64,000 bases of DNA from Mustelus asterias (taxonomy: Eukaryota). Position 1 is the first letter of the stretch, and the number at the start of each line of letters is the position of its first letter. The translations under genes and the position numbers were made by a program. The notes under the pieces were generated by a model, which searched no databases, was not told the DNA's origin, and saw only the letters and a list, made by a program, of their open reading frames with translations. Shown here one piece after another: positions 26,255 to 38,640 of this stretch. The stretch is taken from assembly GCF_964213995.1 (NCBI RefSeq), contig NC_135811.1, positions 35,526,001 through 35,590,000 on the forward strand, read 5' to 3'.

Positions 26255-28658
26255 ATTAGTAAGGATAGGCAACAACTCCTCCTCCACGATCATCCTCAAC
26301 ACCAGAGCCCCACAGGGTTGTGTTCTCAGCCCTTTACTATACTCCTTATACACCTATGACTGTGTGGCCAAATTCCTCGCCAATTCGATTTTCAAGTTTG
26401 CTGACGACATCACCGTAATAGAACATAGAACATAGAACATAGAACATTACAGCGCAGAACAGGCCCTTCGGCCCACGATGTTGCACCGACCAGTTAAAAA
26501 AAAAACTGTGACCCTCCAACCTAAACCAATTTCTTTTCGTCCATGAACCTATCTACGGATCTCTTAAACGCCCCCAAACTAGGCGCATTTACTACTGATG
26601 CTGGCAGGGCATTCCAATCCCTCACCACCCTCTGGGTAAAGAACCTACCCCTGACATCGGTTCTATAACTACCCCCCCTCAATTTAAAGCCATGCCCCCT
26701 CGTGCTGGATTTCTCCATCAGAGGAAAAAGGCTATCACTATCCACCCTATCTAAACCTCTAATCATCTTATATGTTTCAATAAGATCCCCTCTTAGCCGC
26801 CGCCTTTCCAGCGAAAACAATCCCAAATCCCTCAGCCTCTCCTCATAGGATCTCCCCTCCATACCAGGCAACATCCTGGTAAACCTCCTCTGCACCCTCT
26901 CCAAAGCCTCCACATCCTTCCTGTAATGTGGGGACCAGAACTGCACACAGTACTCCAAGTGCGGCCGCACCAGAGTTGTGTACAGTTGCAACATAACGCT
27001 ATGACTCCTAAATTCAATCCCCCTACCAATAAACGCCAAGACACCATATGCCTTCTTAACAACCTTATCTACTTGATTCCCAACTTTCAGGGATCTATGC
27101 ACACATACACCTAGATCCCTCTGCTCCTCCACACTATTCAAAGTCCTCCCGTTAGCCCTATACTCAACACATCTGTTATTCCTACCAAAGTGAATTACCT
27201 CACACTTCTCCGCATTAAACTCCATCCGCCACCTCTCGGCCCAACTTTGCAACCTGTCTAAGTCTTCCTGCAAACTACGACACCCTTCCCCACTGTCTAC
27301 CACACCACCGACTTTGGTGTCATCAGCAAATTTGCTAATCCACCCAACTATACCCTCATCCAGATCATTAATAAATATTACAAACAGCAGTGGCCCCAAA
27401 ACAGATCCCTGAGGTACACCACTTGTAACCGCACTCCATGATGAATATTTACTATCAACCACCACCCTCTGTTTCCTATCCGCTAGCCAATTCCTGATCC
27501 AATTTCCTAGATCACCCCCAATCCCATACATCTGCATTTTCTGCAGAAGCCTACCATGGTGAACCTTATCAAACGCCTTACTAAAATCCATATATACCAC
27601 GTCCACTGCCTTGCCCCCATCCACCTCCTTGGTCACTTTCTCAAAAAACTCAATAAGGTTAGTAAGGCACGACCTACCTGCCACAAAACCATGCTGACTA
27701 TCACCTATCAATTCATTACTCTCCAAATAACTATAAATCCTATCCCTTATAATTTTTTCCAACATCTTGCCGACAACAGAAGTGAGACTCACCGGTCTAT
27801 AATTCCCGGGGAAGTCTCTGTTCCCCTTCTTAAACAATGGGACAACATTCGCTAACCTCCAATGGGACAGATCTCAAACAATGACGAGACAGAGTACAGG
27901 AATAAGTTAGAGAATCTGGTGAACTGGTACGACGACAATAATCTCTCCCTCAAAGTCAACAAAACGAAGGAGATTATCATCGACTTCAGGAAGCATAGAG
28001 GAGAACATCAAAGGGATGGAAATAGAAAGGGTCGAGAGCTTTCGGTTTTTAGGTGTCCAGATCACCAACAACCTGTCCTGGTCTCCCCCCGCCCATGCTG
28101 ACACGATGGATACGAAAGCCCACCAACGCGTCTCCTTTCTCAAAAGAGAGCTTTGACTACGATTCTCATCAACTTTTACAGATGCACCATTGAAAGCATT
28201 CTTTCTGGTTGTAACACAGTTTGGTAGGCTCCTACTGTGACCAAGACAGCAAGAAACTCCAAAAGGTCGTGAATGTAGCCCAATCCATCATGCAAACCAG
28301 CCTCCCATCTATTGACTCTGTCTACACTTCCCGCTGCCCCGGCAAGCAGCCAGCATAATTAAGGACCCCACGCACCTCGAACTTTCTCTCTTCCACCTTC
28401 TTCTGTCGAGAAAAAGATACAAAAGTCTGAGATCATGTACCAACCAACTCAAGAACAGCTTCTTCCCTGCTGCCGTCAGACGTTTGAATGGACCTACCTT
28501 GCATTAAGTTGACCTTTCTCTACACCCTAGCTATGACTGTAACACTACATTCTGCACTCTCTCATTTGCTTCTCTATGAGCTGTATGTTTTGTATAGCGC
28601 GCAAGAAACAATACTTTTCTCTGAATGCTAATACATATGATAATAATAAATCAAATCA
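26255..28658 (+). mobile_element. Rex1/Babar-clade LINE, interrupted by a young CR1
   Basis: VRIGNNSSSTIILNTRAPQGCVLSPLLYSLYTYDC...FKFADDITV resumes after the CR1 as MGQISNNDETEYRNKLENLVNW; (aaatc)n tail. Confidence 0.92.
26420..27860 (-). mobile_element. Young 5'-truncated CR1 LINE with uninterrupted RT frame
   Basis: ORF 26521..27837 (438 aa) with [32 protein letters not shown] and KFADD and no stops; 3' tail (TGTTCTA)x4; AAT on both flanks. Confidence 0.97.
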
Positions 28659-30896
28659 TCTGACTCATGTTCACAGCTGGGTGATCCTGGAGAGGGAGCA
28701 TGTGGTGTCCACTGGCACGCTTCAAGCCTTCCACAGCCGATGGACAGGGCGAGGGCTGGGATGCAAAATAAATGAAACTTGGTTTAGTTATTTATGTTTC
28801 CTTGGACATCTTACTTTAGTTACAGTGTCCCAACAGGAGCTGCCATTCTCTCTCATTTTTGTTTAACTTATTTGATTTTTGTTAAAGTGTACAATAATAC
28901 TCACAGGCTGATGAGATTCATTAAGGAATGTGATTGGAACCAGTTCTAACAATTTATGCCCAAGTGTTTTCCCTGTGCCCTTTCAGAATTCGTTCCATTA
29001 GTTTAAATACTCCAAAAAGTGTATAACAATACTACTGGATACAGGATATTTCCAAGGGAGGAGGCAAACATTTTTACTGTTGCACTCTGTAAATAAATTT
29101 AGTATCAGGTAAAAACTTGGTGCTTGATTTCCTACTTCAACTAGCCTCTGAATGAATTAACACAATATGCCTTAATTTAAAAATATTTTGATAAATACTA
29201 AAAACTGAAATTAACATTTTGAATTTTCTGTAATTTACATAAATTAGTACATAGACTTGCAAAGAATTTTACAGCACGAAAACAGGCCATCGAACTGAAT
29301 AGGTCTACACCAGTGATGATGCTCCACACAATCCTCTTCCAACCTTACTTAATCATCAGTACGGCCAAATATTCTGATTCAATAGTGCAGAATGCTATAC
29401 TTTTGCATTAACTTTGTAAAATTAAGTTCTGTTAAAGTTTTCAATCTGAACAGTCATTTGTCACATTGAAAACCATTTTGACTACCTTGAAATAATTTAT
29501 GATAAGTTCTATAAGTCTTATTCAAACATTGCAAAGCATGGCCTTATGCAAGCTTCCACAACCTTTTCTGACAAAGTGACCTATGAGTTAACCTGCATGC
29601 TAATTTAGAAAACTAGCAGAAGCTGATGATTCAGAAAAACAAGAGTATAAACTTATGATGTAAAAACAAGCAATTACACTAAGGATGACCACCTGAGCCA
29701 CACCGTCTTGCTGTAGGGACTCATATATAGCAGAAGGCTTGATGAAATGAAGTGGGAGAAGTCTCATGTGGAGAATAAATGCTTTCGTTGACCTGTTGGG
29801 CTGGGTGGCCATTTTCTGTGCTGTAAAATTCTATGCAATGTTATGTTCTAACTTGTGTAAATGGCTGAAAATTATGCATATGTAAGTTTAGATTTTCAGT
29901 ATTTGTTCCAGCAAAATATTTTGAAATTAAAGCATATTGGGCTGAACAAATAAAAAGCAACATCTATTACTGTTAAAATGAAAATATTTCAGTTGTGACT
30001 AAAACCCAATTATGGTCCCAATTGGGCAAGTATGATTGTTTTCCCAAGGATCTTTCATTCTATGTCAAATCTCCCAGTGACAAGGGGACTCAGAAATTCC
30101 CCCCAAAAATGCAAGGAGACATAAACTAATAACCTGAGTCTTGGATAAACTCAACATTCCATTACTCATATTGGACAGGAAAGGATCCCATGAACATGAA
30201 ACAGTCCTAAAGTACCTTTTATTGGCTTTATGCAAAAGCAAAATACTGCAGCCACTAGAAATCTGAAATAAAAACAGGTGAATTGCTGGAAATACTCAGC
30301 AAGCAGCTTCCATGGAGAGAAATAGTTAACTTTTCTGATACTCTAAAATCTTAGCTGACTGCAGAGGAGCTATTTAAATATTTTCTCTCGGAGAACTTAG
30401 TCACAGTGACATATGTATTGTCACTGTTAATTATGTTATAATGGGAAATATGCAGCCAAGAGCTTTCAGAGGAAAGCTTTGCATCTTTAGCATGTACTCA
30501 AAGTTTATTAACCACAAGGTAATCTTATTATTTCAAATTCTGAAAAATCACTAATCGTTCTTACTGGTCTCCCTTTCTTGACAAATTAACTGTGAAAAGT
30601 TTGTGCCTTGTATTTGTGCTATAAAGTAGAAAACAAATTATATACTAGTACATTTTTTGCAATTTCATGCTGCAGTATTATTAGGCATTTAAAATAAACG
30701 ATGTTAAATTCAGAAGTGCAGCTTTAAGCAGCTTGAATGCCGACTTCAGTGGAGTGACCCCTTCACTGTCAGTGAATCTTTTTCTGCTTCTAACTCCAAC
30801 CAACCTTATGATCTTTCATTGTGAGATTGACAATTTGGAGCTTGCTTTCCTGTATTCAATATTGATAGGATTTTCCTATCAATATTGAAGATATAG

Positions 30897-31557
30897 GGGT
30901 GGATTAGATTTTCTGCTCCAGTTTTCGGGTGGCGGGATCTGCAGCAGGAGCAGGAAATCCCATGGGAGTCCCAAAACGTGGTTCATGCCATCAGGATTTC
31001 CCCTTCTGATTAACCCCGCCCCCACAATAACATAAGTAAAATCCAGACGTTCAATGTCAGGATCCGCATTTGAAATTATTTACATATTTCCACTGGTGGG
31101 CAGAACCTGCTGGAGGTGCGGTGGTGCATGCATCCCCCATTGGGGAGAGGGTAAAACCTGCGCAATGCACTAGTACTGCCCAATCACTGCTCTGTTGCAT
31201 TGCCCCTGCCAATGCCCGAAGGAAGGTGGGGAATTGGGGTTGAGTTCCAAGGAGGGATGGGGGTGTTCTGTCATGGTGGGGGATTGAGGAGAGGAGTTCC
31301 GTCATGAGCTCCAGAGGGGACCGGGGTTTTGTGGGTTGGTGGGGAAGGTTCTAATTTTATTTTTAAAATTGGGGTGCCCTATTACAGACTAAGTTGCTGG
31401 TGGGGTGGGCCTGCCTGCGTGATGTTGTGGGACCCACCCCTTAACATTTCTGCCTACAAATACGGCAGTGGAAGCTGTCGTTGGGGCCAGCGGCTTCCAC
31501 GCTAATTTTCCCACCCACTATGCCACTCTGTAAAAAAAAAAGGAGAAAATTTTGCCC
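30897..31557. mobile_element. GC-rich Harbinger-like non-autonomous element
   Basis: GC-rich island with GGGGTGGATT...TTTT start and AAAATTTTGCCC end. Confidence 0.5.
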
Positions 31558-33352
31558 TCTGTTTAAAATGACAATGAGGTAAATAGTATTTGCCATTATT
31601 AATACCCAAATGGTGCAACAACTTTAAGTGAAGGGCAAATGCATGATTAAACACGTCTAAAATTGCTGCTGATTGCACATTTAGCCTTGCAAAAATGGCA
31701 TCAAAAGTGCATTGAATGGTGGCATAACAATGCTGTACCTATGTGGCAGATATAAACTAAACTCAACTGCAAAAATTTAAGCTTTGTCCATTTCAATCTA
31801 AGTACACTTTTAATGACACAATAAATGGCCCAGAACTTCCAATCTCTGGATGATTGAATCTCAGAGGAACCTCCAAAGAGCACTAGGGAACTCCTTGGAA
31901 GTGCCCACACACTGACTACATAGGAATTGTCCAGAAAGTTTATACTTACACTGTGGCTGGAACCCTCCAAAATGCAGAGTTAAAGTTCAAGACTCCAGAT
32001 AGTTCCAATTCACTTAACAGAATAGCACTCAGGGAAAAATTAGAAAGATTAAAACCAGTTCTAACTGCTTAGTAACTATTACTGACTCCCAACTCTGCCC
32101 CCATCTTCCCCCTGACCCCCCAACTACCAACCTATGTACCCCTCTGATCCTCACCACAACCCCCCAACCCAGTCTATCTCTTCACCCACTTAGCTCCCAC
32201 CCTACCCACACACCTGCCACCCTACCTCCTCACCTACTTATCTTACACCCTTATCTTCTCTCCGTAGTTTCTCAAAGTGGTTTTGGGATGTTTAAACTTG
32301 CTGAAACGTGGCAGTTCGTGCCATAACAAGAGGGCTGGTCTTTGTTCCCTTGATGCCACTGCACTATGAAGAAGGTCTCGGAACCTCCACATTTCTGAAG
32401 AGGCCTTGTTCTGAAGTCTGGGCAAGAAATGTGGAGCTTCGGTGAAGATATGTAAACAAAAGCAAAGTGCCAATCCCCCAGTGATTGTCACTCCTTGGAA
32501 AGTTCAGCCCCATTTTATTTACTGCCAGTCAACATCTCTGACCTGAAACTTAACTATAACAAGAGTGGAGGCTCATTCTTTCAAGTGTTAATTGTTGGAG
32601 ATTTTTTTTAAATACCTTTTTGCTTTTCCATTCTGACATTTTTTTCCTTTCCTTTCCCTCATTTTTCTTTTGTACCTGATTTAGTCATGCATTAATCTAA
32701 TTATTGCATTTACATTTGAATTATTTTGATGATTATTTCACAGTGCTTCAATCTGATTTGTTAAGGGAGTATTCAGTTGCTTGTCCTGTCTGCTCGGACC
32801 CCAGATGCTTTGTTTCTCCTGCTGCAATGTCATCAGCTTGCACATTCAGCAACTTAGCATGCGAAAAAATTTGAAAACCTAAATGTGCAAGGGCAAGTCA
32901 AATTAATAGCAAATGTCGTTCGTGCCCTGCTGCAGGAAAATTTGGCTGGATATCTGTTACTACGTCTTTCCTTCAAGTCCATAGATATCCTATTCTGCTT
33001 CTTTCGAATCATTATGCATGTCTCATCTTTGTACTCCTCTTTAAGTTGTGGAAATTCTCTAAACCTCTCGGTAGGTACTTTGCAAGTTGACCCTGCATTC
33101 ATATAATGAGTGACATTGTGCTATGTTTTTGCTTACCTTGCAAATCTAGGACTGTCTTTCCCTTCAAAAATTTGTACATAGCATTCCATTATAGATGTTA
33201 ACGGTTAGTGCAATGCTTGGTGAATAAATTAAGGTAATCACAACTATCGCAGATGTATTTTAGTCAAAATTTGCACCTACAACATCTGCTTTAACAAACG
33301 TTTCAATGTTCATCCTGGTTTAGTATTTCATTAAATGCTTCCAAGATGTCAA

Positions 33353-33703
33353 GGGCGGCATGGCGGCCCAGTGGTTAGCACTGCTGCCTCACAGCGCCAG
33401 GGACCCAGGTTCAATTCCGCCCTTGGCTCACTGTCTGTATGGAATTTGCACATTTTCCCCGTGTCTGCGTGGGTTTCCTCCCAGTGCTCCAGTTTCCTTC
33501 CACAGTCCAAAGCTGTGCAGGTTAGGTGGATTGGTTCTCATAACTTATCTCATAATGTCCAAAGGTGGATTAGCCATAGTAAATGCACAGGGTTGCAGGG
33601 ATAGTGTGGGCAGGAGGGCCTTAGTAAGATACTCTGTCAGAGAGTTGGTGCAAACGTGATGGGCCAAAGGCCTCCTGCATTGTAGGAATTCTGTGTATTC
33701 TAT
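33353..33703 (+). mobile_element. HE1-like SINE
   Basis: gggcggcatggcggcccagtggttagc head through ggaattctgtgtattctatg tail. Confidence 0.9.
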
Positions 33704-33849
33704 GAACTGAGTGCCATTGTAAGTGGTGCATTCTTGTTGGGAGCTTTGTATTTACTTTTATTCAATTATATTGTCAAAGCTGCTTATTTACAGAATATTG
33801 TAGCATTAAACATACAAAATTCTACTGCCCATATTCCAACAGACACAAA

Positions 33850-34198
33850 GTTTTCATTCACGCTTCACCACTTTGCTCACTGACCTATGTTGGCTCCTGG
33901 CTAAGCAGCACCACAAATTTTCAAGTCCCTTCTTGGCCTCACCACTCCCTTGTTCAGTATTGTCCACCAGCTCCAGAACCCTCCAGATATCTGCACTCCT
34001 CTAATTCTGGCCTCTTGAGCATGTCCTCTTTAATTGCACCATCACTGCTGGCCGTGCCTTTAGGTAAGGTGCTAACTCCTGGAATTTCCAAAAGATTTGA
34101 TCGTCTACCTTAATATTTCCTCGCATTCTTGGTGTCAGCTTTTTGCCTTGGGACAGTTTAGTATGTAAAATGCTATATAAACACAAGTTGTTATTGTT
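33850..34198 (+). mobile_element. L2-type LINE 3' end
   Basis: ctcactgacctatgttggctcc...ctggaatttcc...ccttgggacag...tgctatataaacacaagttgttattg; reverse homologue at 42095-42320. Confidence 0.65.
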
Positions 34199-35564
34199 TA
34201 CATTAGCACTTGTAATGAAAATGAGGCATTCCCATTTTTTTGAGAAAAATAATAAAATGTAGCCCTTGGAGTCAATTTGTGATTATTTATGTCTAATTTT
34301 CTATTAAAAGTTGGGTTGACATTGTCTAACATGTTTTAGATATGACCCATACTGCTACAGAAAACATCGGACTGCTGTGTCATCAATTTGAGTTTTATTT
34401 TAACTCAGCTTTTGGATATGAAATGACTTTGCAGCATCCTTGTACTATCAAAGTCCCTTAGCTGCCATTTAGAATTTGTTGTATAACAAAGAAATGTTAA
34501 ATGTTGCTCACATTTCTAATTTCAGGTGAATAATTTTATTCATGGCCCAAAACAGTTGACAACAGTATTGTTAACAGTATTCATGTTACAGTACTTGAAA
34601 ATAAGTTGTAATTTTCTCCTAATACAATGGTATCTGTTTTTTTGAACACACCTTTTCCTCCGAGCGATTAAAACAGCTACTTACATGTGTAATTTTACTG
34701 CACTAGCTGTATCTCCTAAATTTAATTATTTGCATTAATCTAAATCAAGTTATCATGTAGTCCAATACAAAATTACAATTATAGATTACAAGTGAATCTA
34801 AAATGTATGTTCACATTCAATTATAATTGTCTTCTGAATATCTTGTGAAAGTTTCCATTGGAACTTGTCTGAAGTCATTGCCTTCCATGGAGAGCAATAT
34901 AAATTAGCAATGCAGCTTATTGAAAACACTTCAAAAATGTCTATAATAGATGTTCCATTGTAGTTTTTGAAACTCCCAAGTTTAAAATACCTTTTTGTGT
35001 ACATTAGCAATCATTTACACTGTCAATCTATTAAATTGACCTTCACACTGACTCTTAAGTGAACTAGAGTATATCTGATCAATACAACTGCTGCAGTCCT
35101 TCAAAAGCATGAATTCTCATTCTGTGAAGGTTTAAAAGATTCAGATTTCTTCTGGACTTTTAATTGAAAACAAAAATATATATTTTTGGTCCTTAACCTA
35201 CATTTAGAAATTGTGTATGTAATCTCACTGGAAGAAGAGAATTCTTTTGTCATTGATCAATGTATGTGTTTTCCAGTTAGAATTTTTAAGCTCCTGCTTT
35301 CCTTTGCTGGACACTTAAAAGTAGAAATGTACAACTTTCTGTAAGAATGGCTAAAAATTTGCATTTGAAGATACAACCAGAAGAAAGAAAACAACTTAAA
35401 ATGTAAAACATGAAAAGGGAAGTCATGAATTTTCACTGTTACATTTTACATTTGATGCATTTGAAATGAAAAACAAGCTACTGAATGGATTTGTTTGTCC
35501 AGACTGCCACATTTTCAGTATACATTGAAAGTAAAATCAAACAGGATGCAATATAAAAGTATTA

Positions 35565-35914
35565 GGGGGGAGCAGTGGTGTCGTGGAATTGCTGTAGGGC
35601 CAGTAACCTAGAGACCAGGGATGATGCTCTAGAGTTCAATCCCACCACAGCAGATGGTGAAATTTGAACCCAATAAAATCTGGAATTGGAACTATAATGA
35701 AACCATAGTTGTTTGTCATAAAAACTCATCTGGTTCATCAGGGAAGGAAATATTCCATCCTTACCTACTCTGGCCTACACACGATTCCAGATCCACAACA
35801 ATGTGGCCGACATTTAAATGCCCTCTGAAGCCACTCCGGTCAATGGCAGTTAGGTATGGGTAACAAATGCTGGCTCAGTCAACGATGCCCACATTCCATG
35901 CATGAATAAAAAAA
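35565..35914 (+). mobile_element. tRNA-derived SINE, second family
   Basis: agagttcaatcccacc B box, gggaaggaaat body, tail caaatgctggc...gcccacattccatg..aataaaaa shared with the LINE at 21078. Confidence 0.8.
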
Positions 35915-35930
35915 ATATATGCAAAATTAG

Positions 35931-36535
35931 TGGGGCAGATCTTTTCATGCCAGAGTGGCACACATGCCATCAGCCTTATTAGCATTCCCTGCTGCTCAGT
36001 TGCATTTGGAAGTGTAGCAAATTGGCCAGCTCCCACTCTTCAGCCAGCAGAGTTTGGGGGCAGTGATTCATCATCAGGGTGGAGATCTTTGGAAGGCAGA
36101 GAAGAAGATGAATTTCCTAGACTATTTTACGAGGAGCCTGAGTTTGTGTGTGGTGTACATTAGCAATCATTTTCGCTGTCAATCTACTGAATTGACCTTT
36201 ACACTGACTCATAAGTGAACTAGAGTAAATAAAATCAATGCAAGTGCTGCAGCCCTTTGAAAAGCCAGAATTCTCATTGTGTTGATTCAAATCTGTCCTG
36301 AATTTCACCCATTTATACTTGAAAATTGGACACACTGACTCACAATGCTATGGCATGGCAATTTGCAGAATTAAGACGCCTCTCATCTGTTTCGGAAGGC
36401 CTGCTGCTGCCTTACTTCAGGCCTTCCAAGTGGGTCTTGGGCATTAATAGGTGCCTGAGATACCCACTGAATTTTTAGTTGCTGGTCATGCATTTTTCAG
36501 GTAACGGGTAAGTGGTAACAGTTACAAATTACCCC
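35931..36535. mobile_element. GC-rich Harbinger-like non-autonomous element containing a duplicated intronic segment
   Basis: GGGGCAGATCTTT start, AAATTACCCC end; 36153-36281 is similar to 34997-35125. Confidence 0.45.
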
Positions 36536-36885
36536 TAATTCTTTTAAGCCAAGGACTGCGGTTCAGATTGCACATTTTTTCTGAATGGTAAGTTAATATG
36601 TTTAGGAAAGTTAAATTGTTTTTGAAATATAAGCTGTGTGGACCCACAAAGTAAAATTCTGCAGCACTATAAAATATGTTATCTGCTTTTATTTGCACTC
36701 AATGAAAAATCAGTTGTGTTCTCCTAGAGGACTGCTAGTGACGTGCAAGACCAGTAGCATTTTGAACATATGAAAATGATGGGCAGGAAACAACCAACTG
36801 GTCTCCCAAGCCTGCCCACATCATGATGAGTAAGAGTTTTAACAACACCAGGTTAAAGTCCAACAGGTTTATTTGGTAGCAAATG

Positions 36886-36922
36886 CCATTAGCTTTCGGA
36901 GCGCTGCTCCTTCGTCAGATGG
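36886..36922 (-). ncRNA. Minimal type I hammerhead ribozyme (antisense arm)
   Basis: CCAT-CTGACGA-A-GGAGC-AGC-GCTCC-GAAA-GCTA-ATGG on the minus strand. Confidence 0.82.
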
Positions 36923-36948
36923 AGTGGAAATCAGAGCAGATTTCCACT

Positions 36949-36985
36949 CCATCTGACGAAGGAGCAGTGCTCCGAAAGCTAATGG
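36949..36985 (+). ncRNA. Minimal type I hammerhead ribozyme
   Basis: CCAT-CTGACGA-A-GGAGC-AGT-GCTCC-GAAA-GCTA-ATGG; perfect stems I and II; predicted cleavage after A36981. Confidence 0.82.
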
Positions 36986-37250
36986 CATTTGCTACCAAAT
37001 AAACCTGTTGGACTTTAACCTGGTGTTGTTAAAACTCTTACTGTGTTTACCCCAGTCCAATACCGCATCTCCACATCATCACATCATGATGGCCAGACGT
37101 AATTGTTAAAACATTTCTTCACTGCCTGTCACCACGGCACTTACTCCACCTGTCCATAAAGTCATTTTATCCATTAACTACAACTTCTGGTCTGCAGGAT
37201 TGGAGCCCATTCCGAAACTAGTCTTTCACATTTGCACTGATATTAATTCG

Positions 37251-37626
37251 GGGGGAGATGGAGCTATAGTGGTAATATCACTGGATTTCCAGAAGACCAA
37301 TGCTCTTGGGACATGGATTCAAATTTCACCACAATTGGAATTTACATTCAATTAATATATTTGGAATAAAAAGCTATTCTCAGTAATAGTGACCATGCCA
37401 ATTGTTGTAAAAACCCATCTGGCTCACTAATATCCTTTAGGGAAAGAAATCTGCCATCCTTACCTAGGTCTGGCCTACTTGTGACTCCAGATCCGCAGCA
37501 ATGTGGTTAACTCTTAACTGCCCTCTGCCATGGCCTAATAAGCCACTCAGTTCAGGGCAATTAGCGACAAGCAACAAATGCTGGCATTACTGATGGCATC
37601 CTTATTCCATGAAAGGATGAACAAAG
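37251..37626 (+). mobile_element. tRNA-derived SINE, second family
   Basis: Homologous to 35565-35914 (tagggaaagaaatctgccatccttacc, gggcaattag...caaatgctggc). Confidence 0.8.
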
Positions 37627-38125
37627 AATCCTATTTGAGAATGGTTTTCAATAGTATCTATTCCCATTGATTTCTGTGGATATAATGAAGATAGCAATGC
37701 TATATCCTGACTGATAATACCATTTTATGAAATACCTTAGCAAAGACTTTAACTTCAGATAGACAATGTCTATCAGATTTCTTTCATCCACTGTCTTAAT
37801 GACATCCTCAAAAAAATGCTAGTAAATTTGTTAAACATGAACGTCAGAAACTGTTGTGGAGTATTTTAAACCAACACTCAGAGTCTTTGGTTCAAATGTC
37901 AACCAGCCTTTATCATTTTACACAGGCTGAGAGACAGTCTTCACTTGTAAACCAGGAGACTTCTCCAATGATATAGAGTTTTAAAACAGTTCATATACTA
38001 CTCTAGTTGTATTTCAATCACGGTGATACCTACAACAGAACTGACATTATCAAAGGGACTGGAACCTAGGGCAGTGACAGGATAACCACCAACATGTAAT
38101 ATAATTAAGGAATGGAGGAGGCCAT

Positions 38126-38433
38126 TCATAGAATCATAGAACACCTACAGTGCAGAAGGAGGCCATTCAGCCCATCAGGTCTGCACCAACTCTCTGATAG
38201 AGCATCTTATCCACGCCCACACCCCGCCCTATTCCCACAACCCCACGCATTTACCCCGCCAATCCCCCTAACATCTTGGGATACTAAGGGGCAATGTAGT
38301 GTAGCCAATCTACCTAACCTGCACAACTTTGGACTGTGAAAACTCCATACAGGCAGTCACCTACGGTTGAAATGGAACTCGGGTCCCTGGCGCTTGGGGC
38401 AGCAGTTGTAACCACTGTGCCACCATGCTGCCC
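38126..38433 (-). mobile_element. HE1-like SINE
   Basis: Reverse-complement copy with (catagaat)n tail. Confidence 0.88.
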
Positions 38434-38640
38434 ATTGTCTAAACTAAATGGCCTCAGGCAACATATGTTATTCCTGTCACAGAACGAGAAATCTTTACAT
38501 AAAGATTAACTCTGGAGACAGGGACAGCTCAGGATCCATTGTTTTCAGTTGTGGAAATAACTTCAGCACTAATGTCTGTCCAAGACAGACATAGTAAGAA
38601 GTCGAACAACACCAGGTTAAAGTCCAACAGGTAGCAAAAG

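Larger units (their letters stand above)
26140..28870 (+). mobile_element. Tx1-like LINE 3' remnant split by the Rex1 insertion (pieces ~26140-26252 and ~28660-28870)
   Basis: TLIFGHAVQKRGWREEDFHVSLLLGLA on the left resumes as HVHSWVILEREHVVSTGTLQAFHSRW on the right. Confidence 0.65.
36829..37079. mobile_element. Miniature fold-back Penelope derivative (two inverted terminal repeats plus tail)
   Basis: 104 bp arms 36829-36932 and 36939-37042 (1 mismatch), 6 nt loop, 37 nt tail; TSD CACATCATGATG at 36817-36828 and 37080-37091. Confidence 0.95.

Noticed and set aside
26419-26447. (TAGAACA)n tandem array as a CRISPR or satellite
   Set aside because: It is the CR1 3' terminal microsatellite; there are no spacers and the context is eukaryotic.
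29250-29850. Two oppositely oriented old CR1 3' UTR fragments as a fold-back element
   Set aside because: Highly diverged with no TSD; independent insertions explain it equally well.
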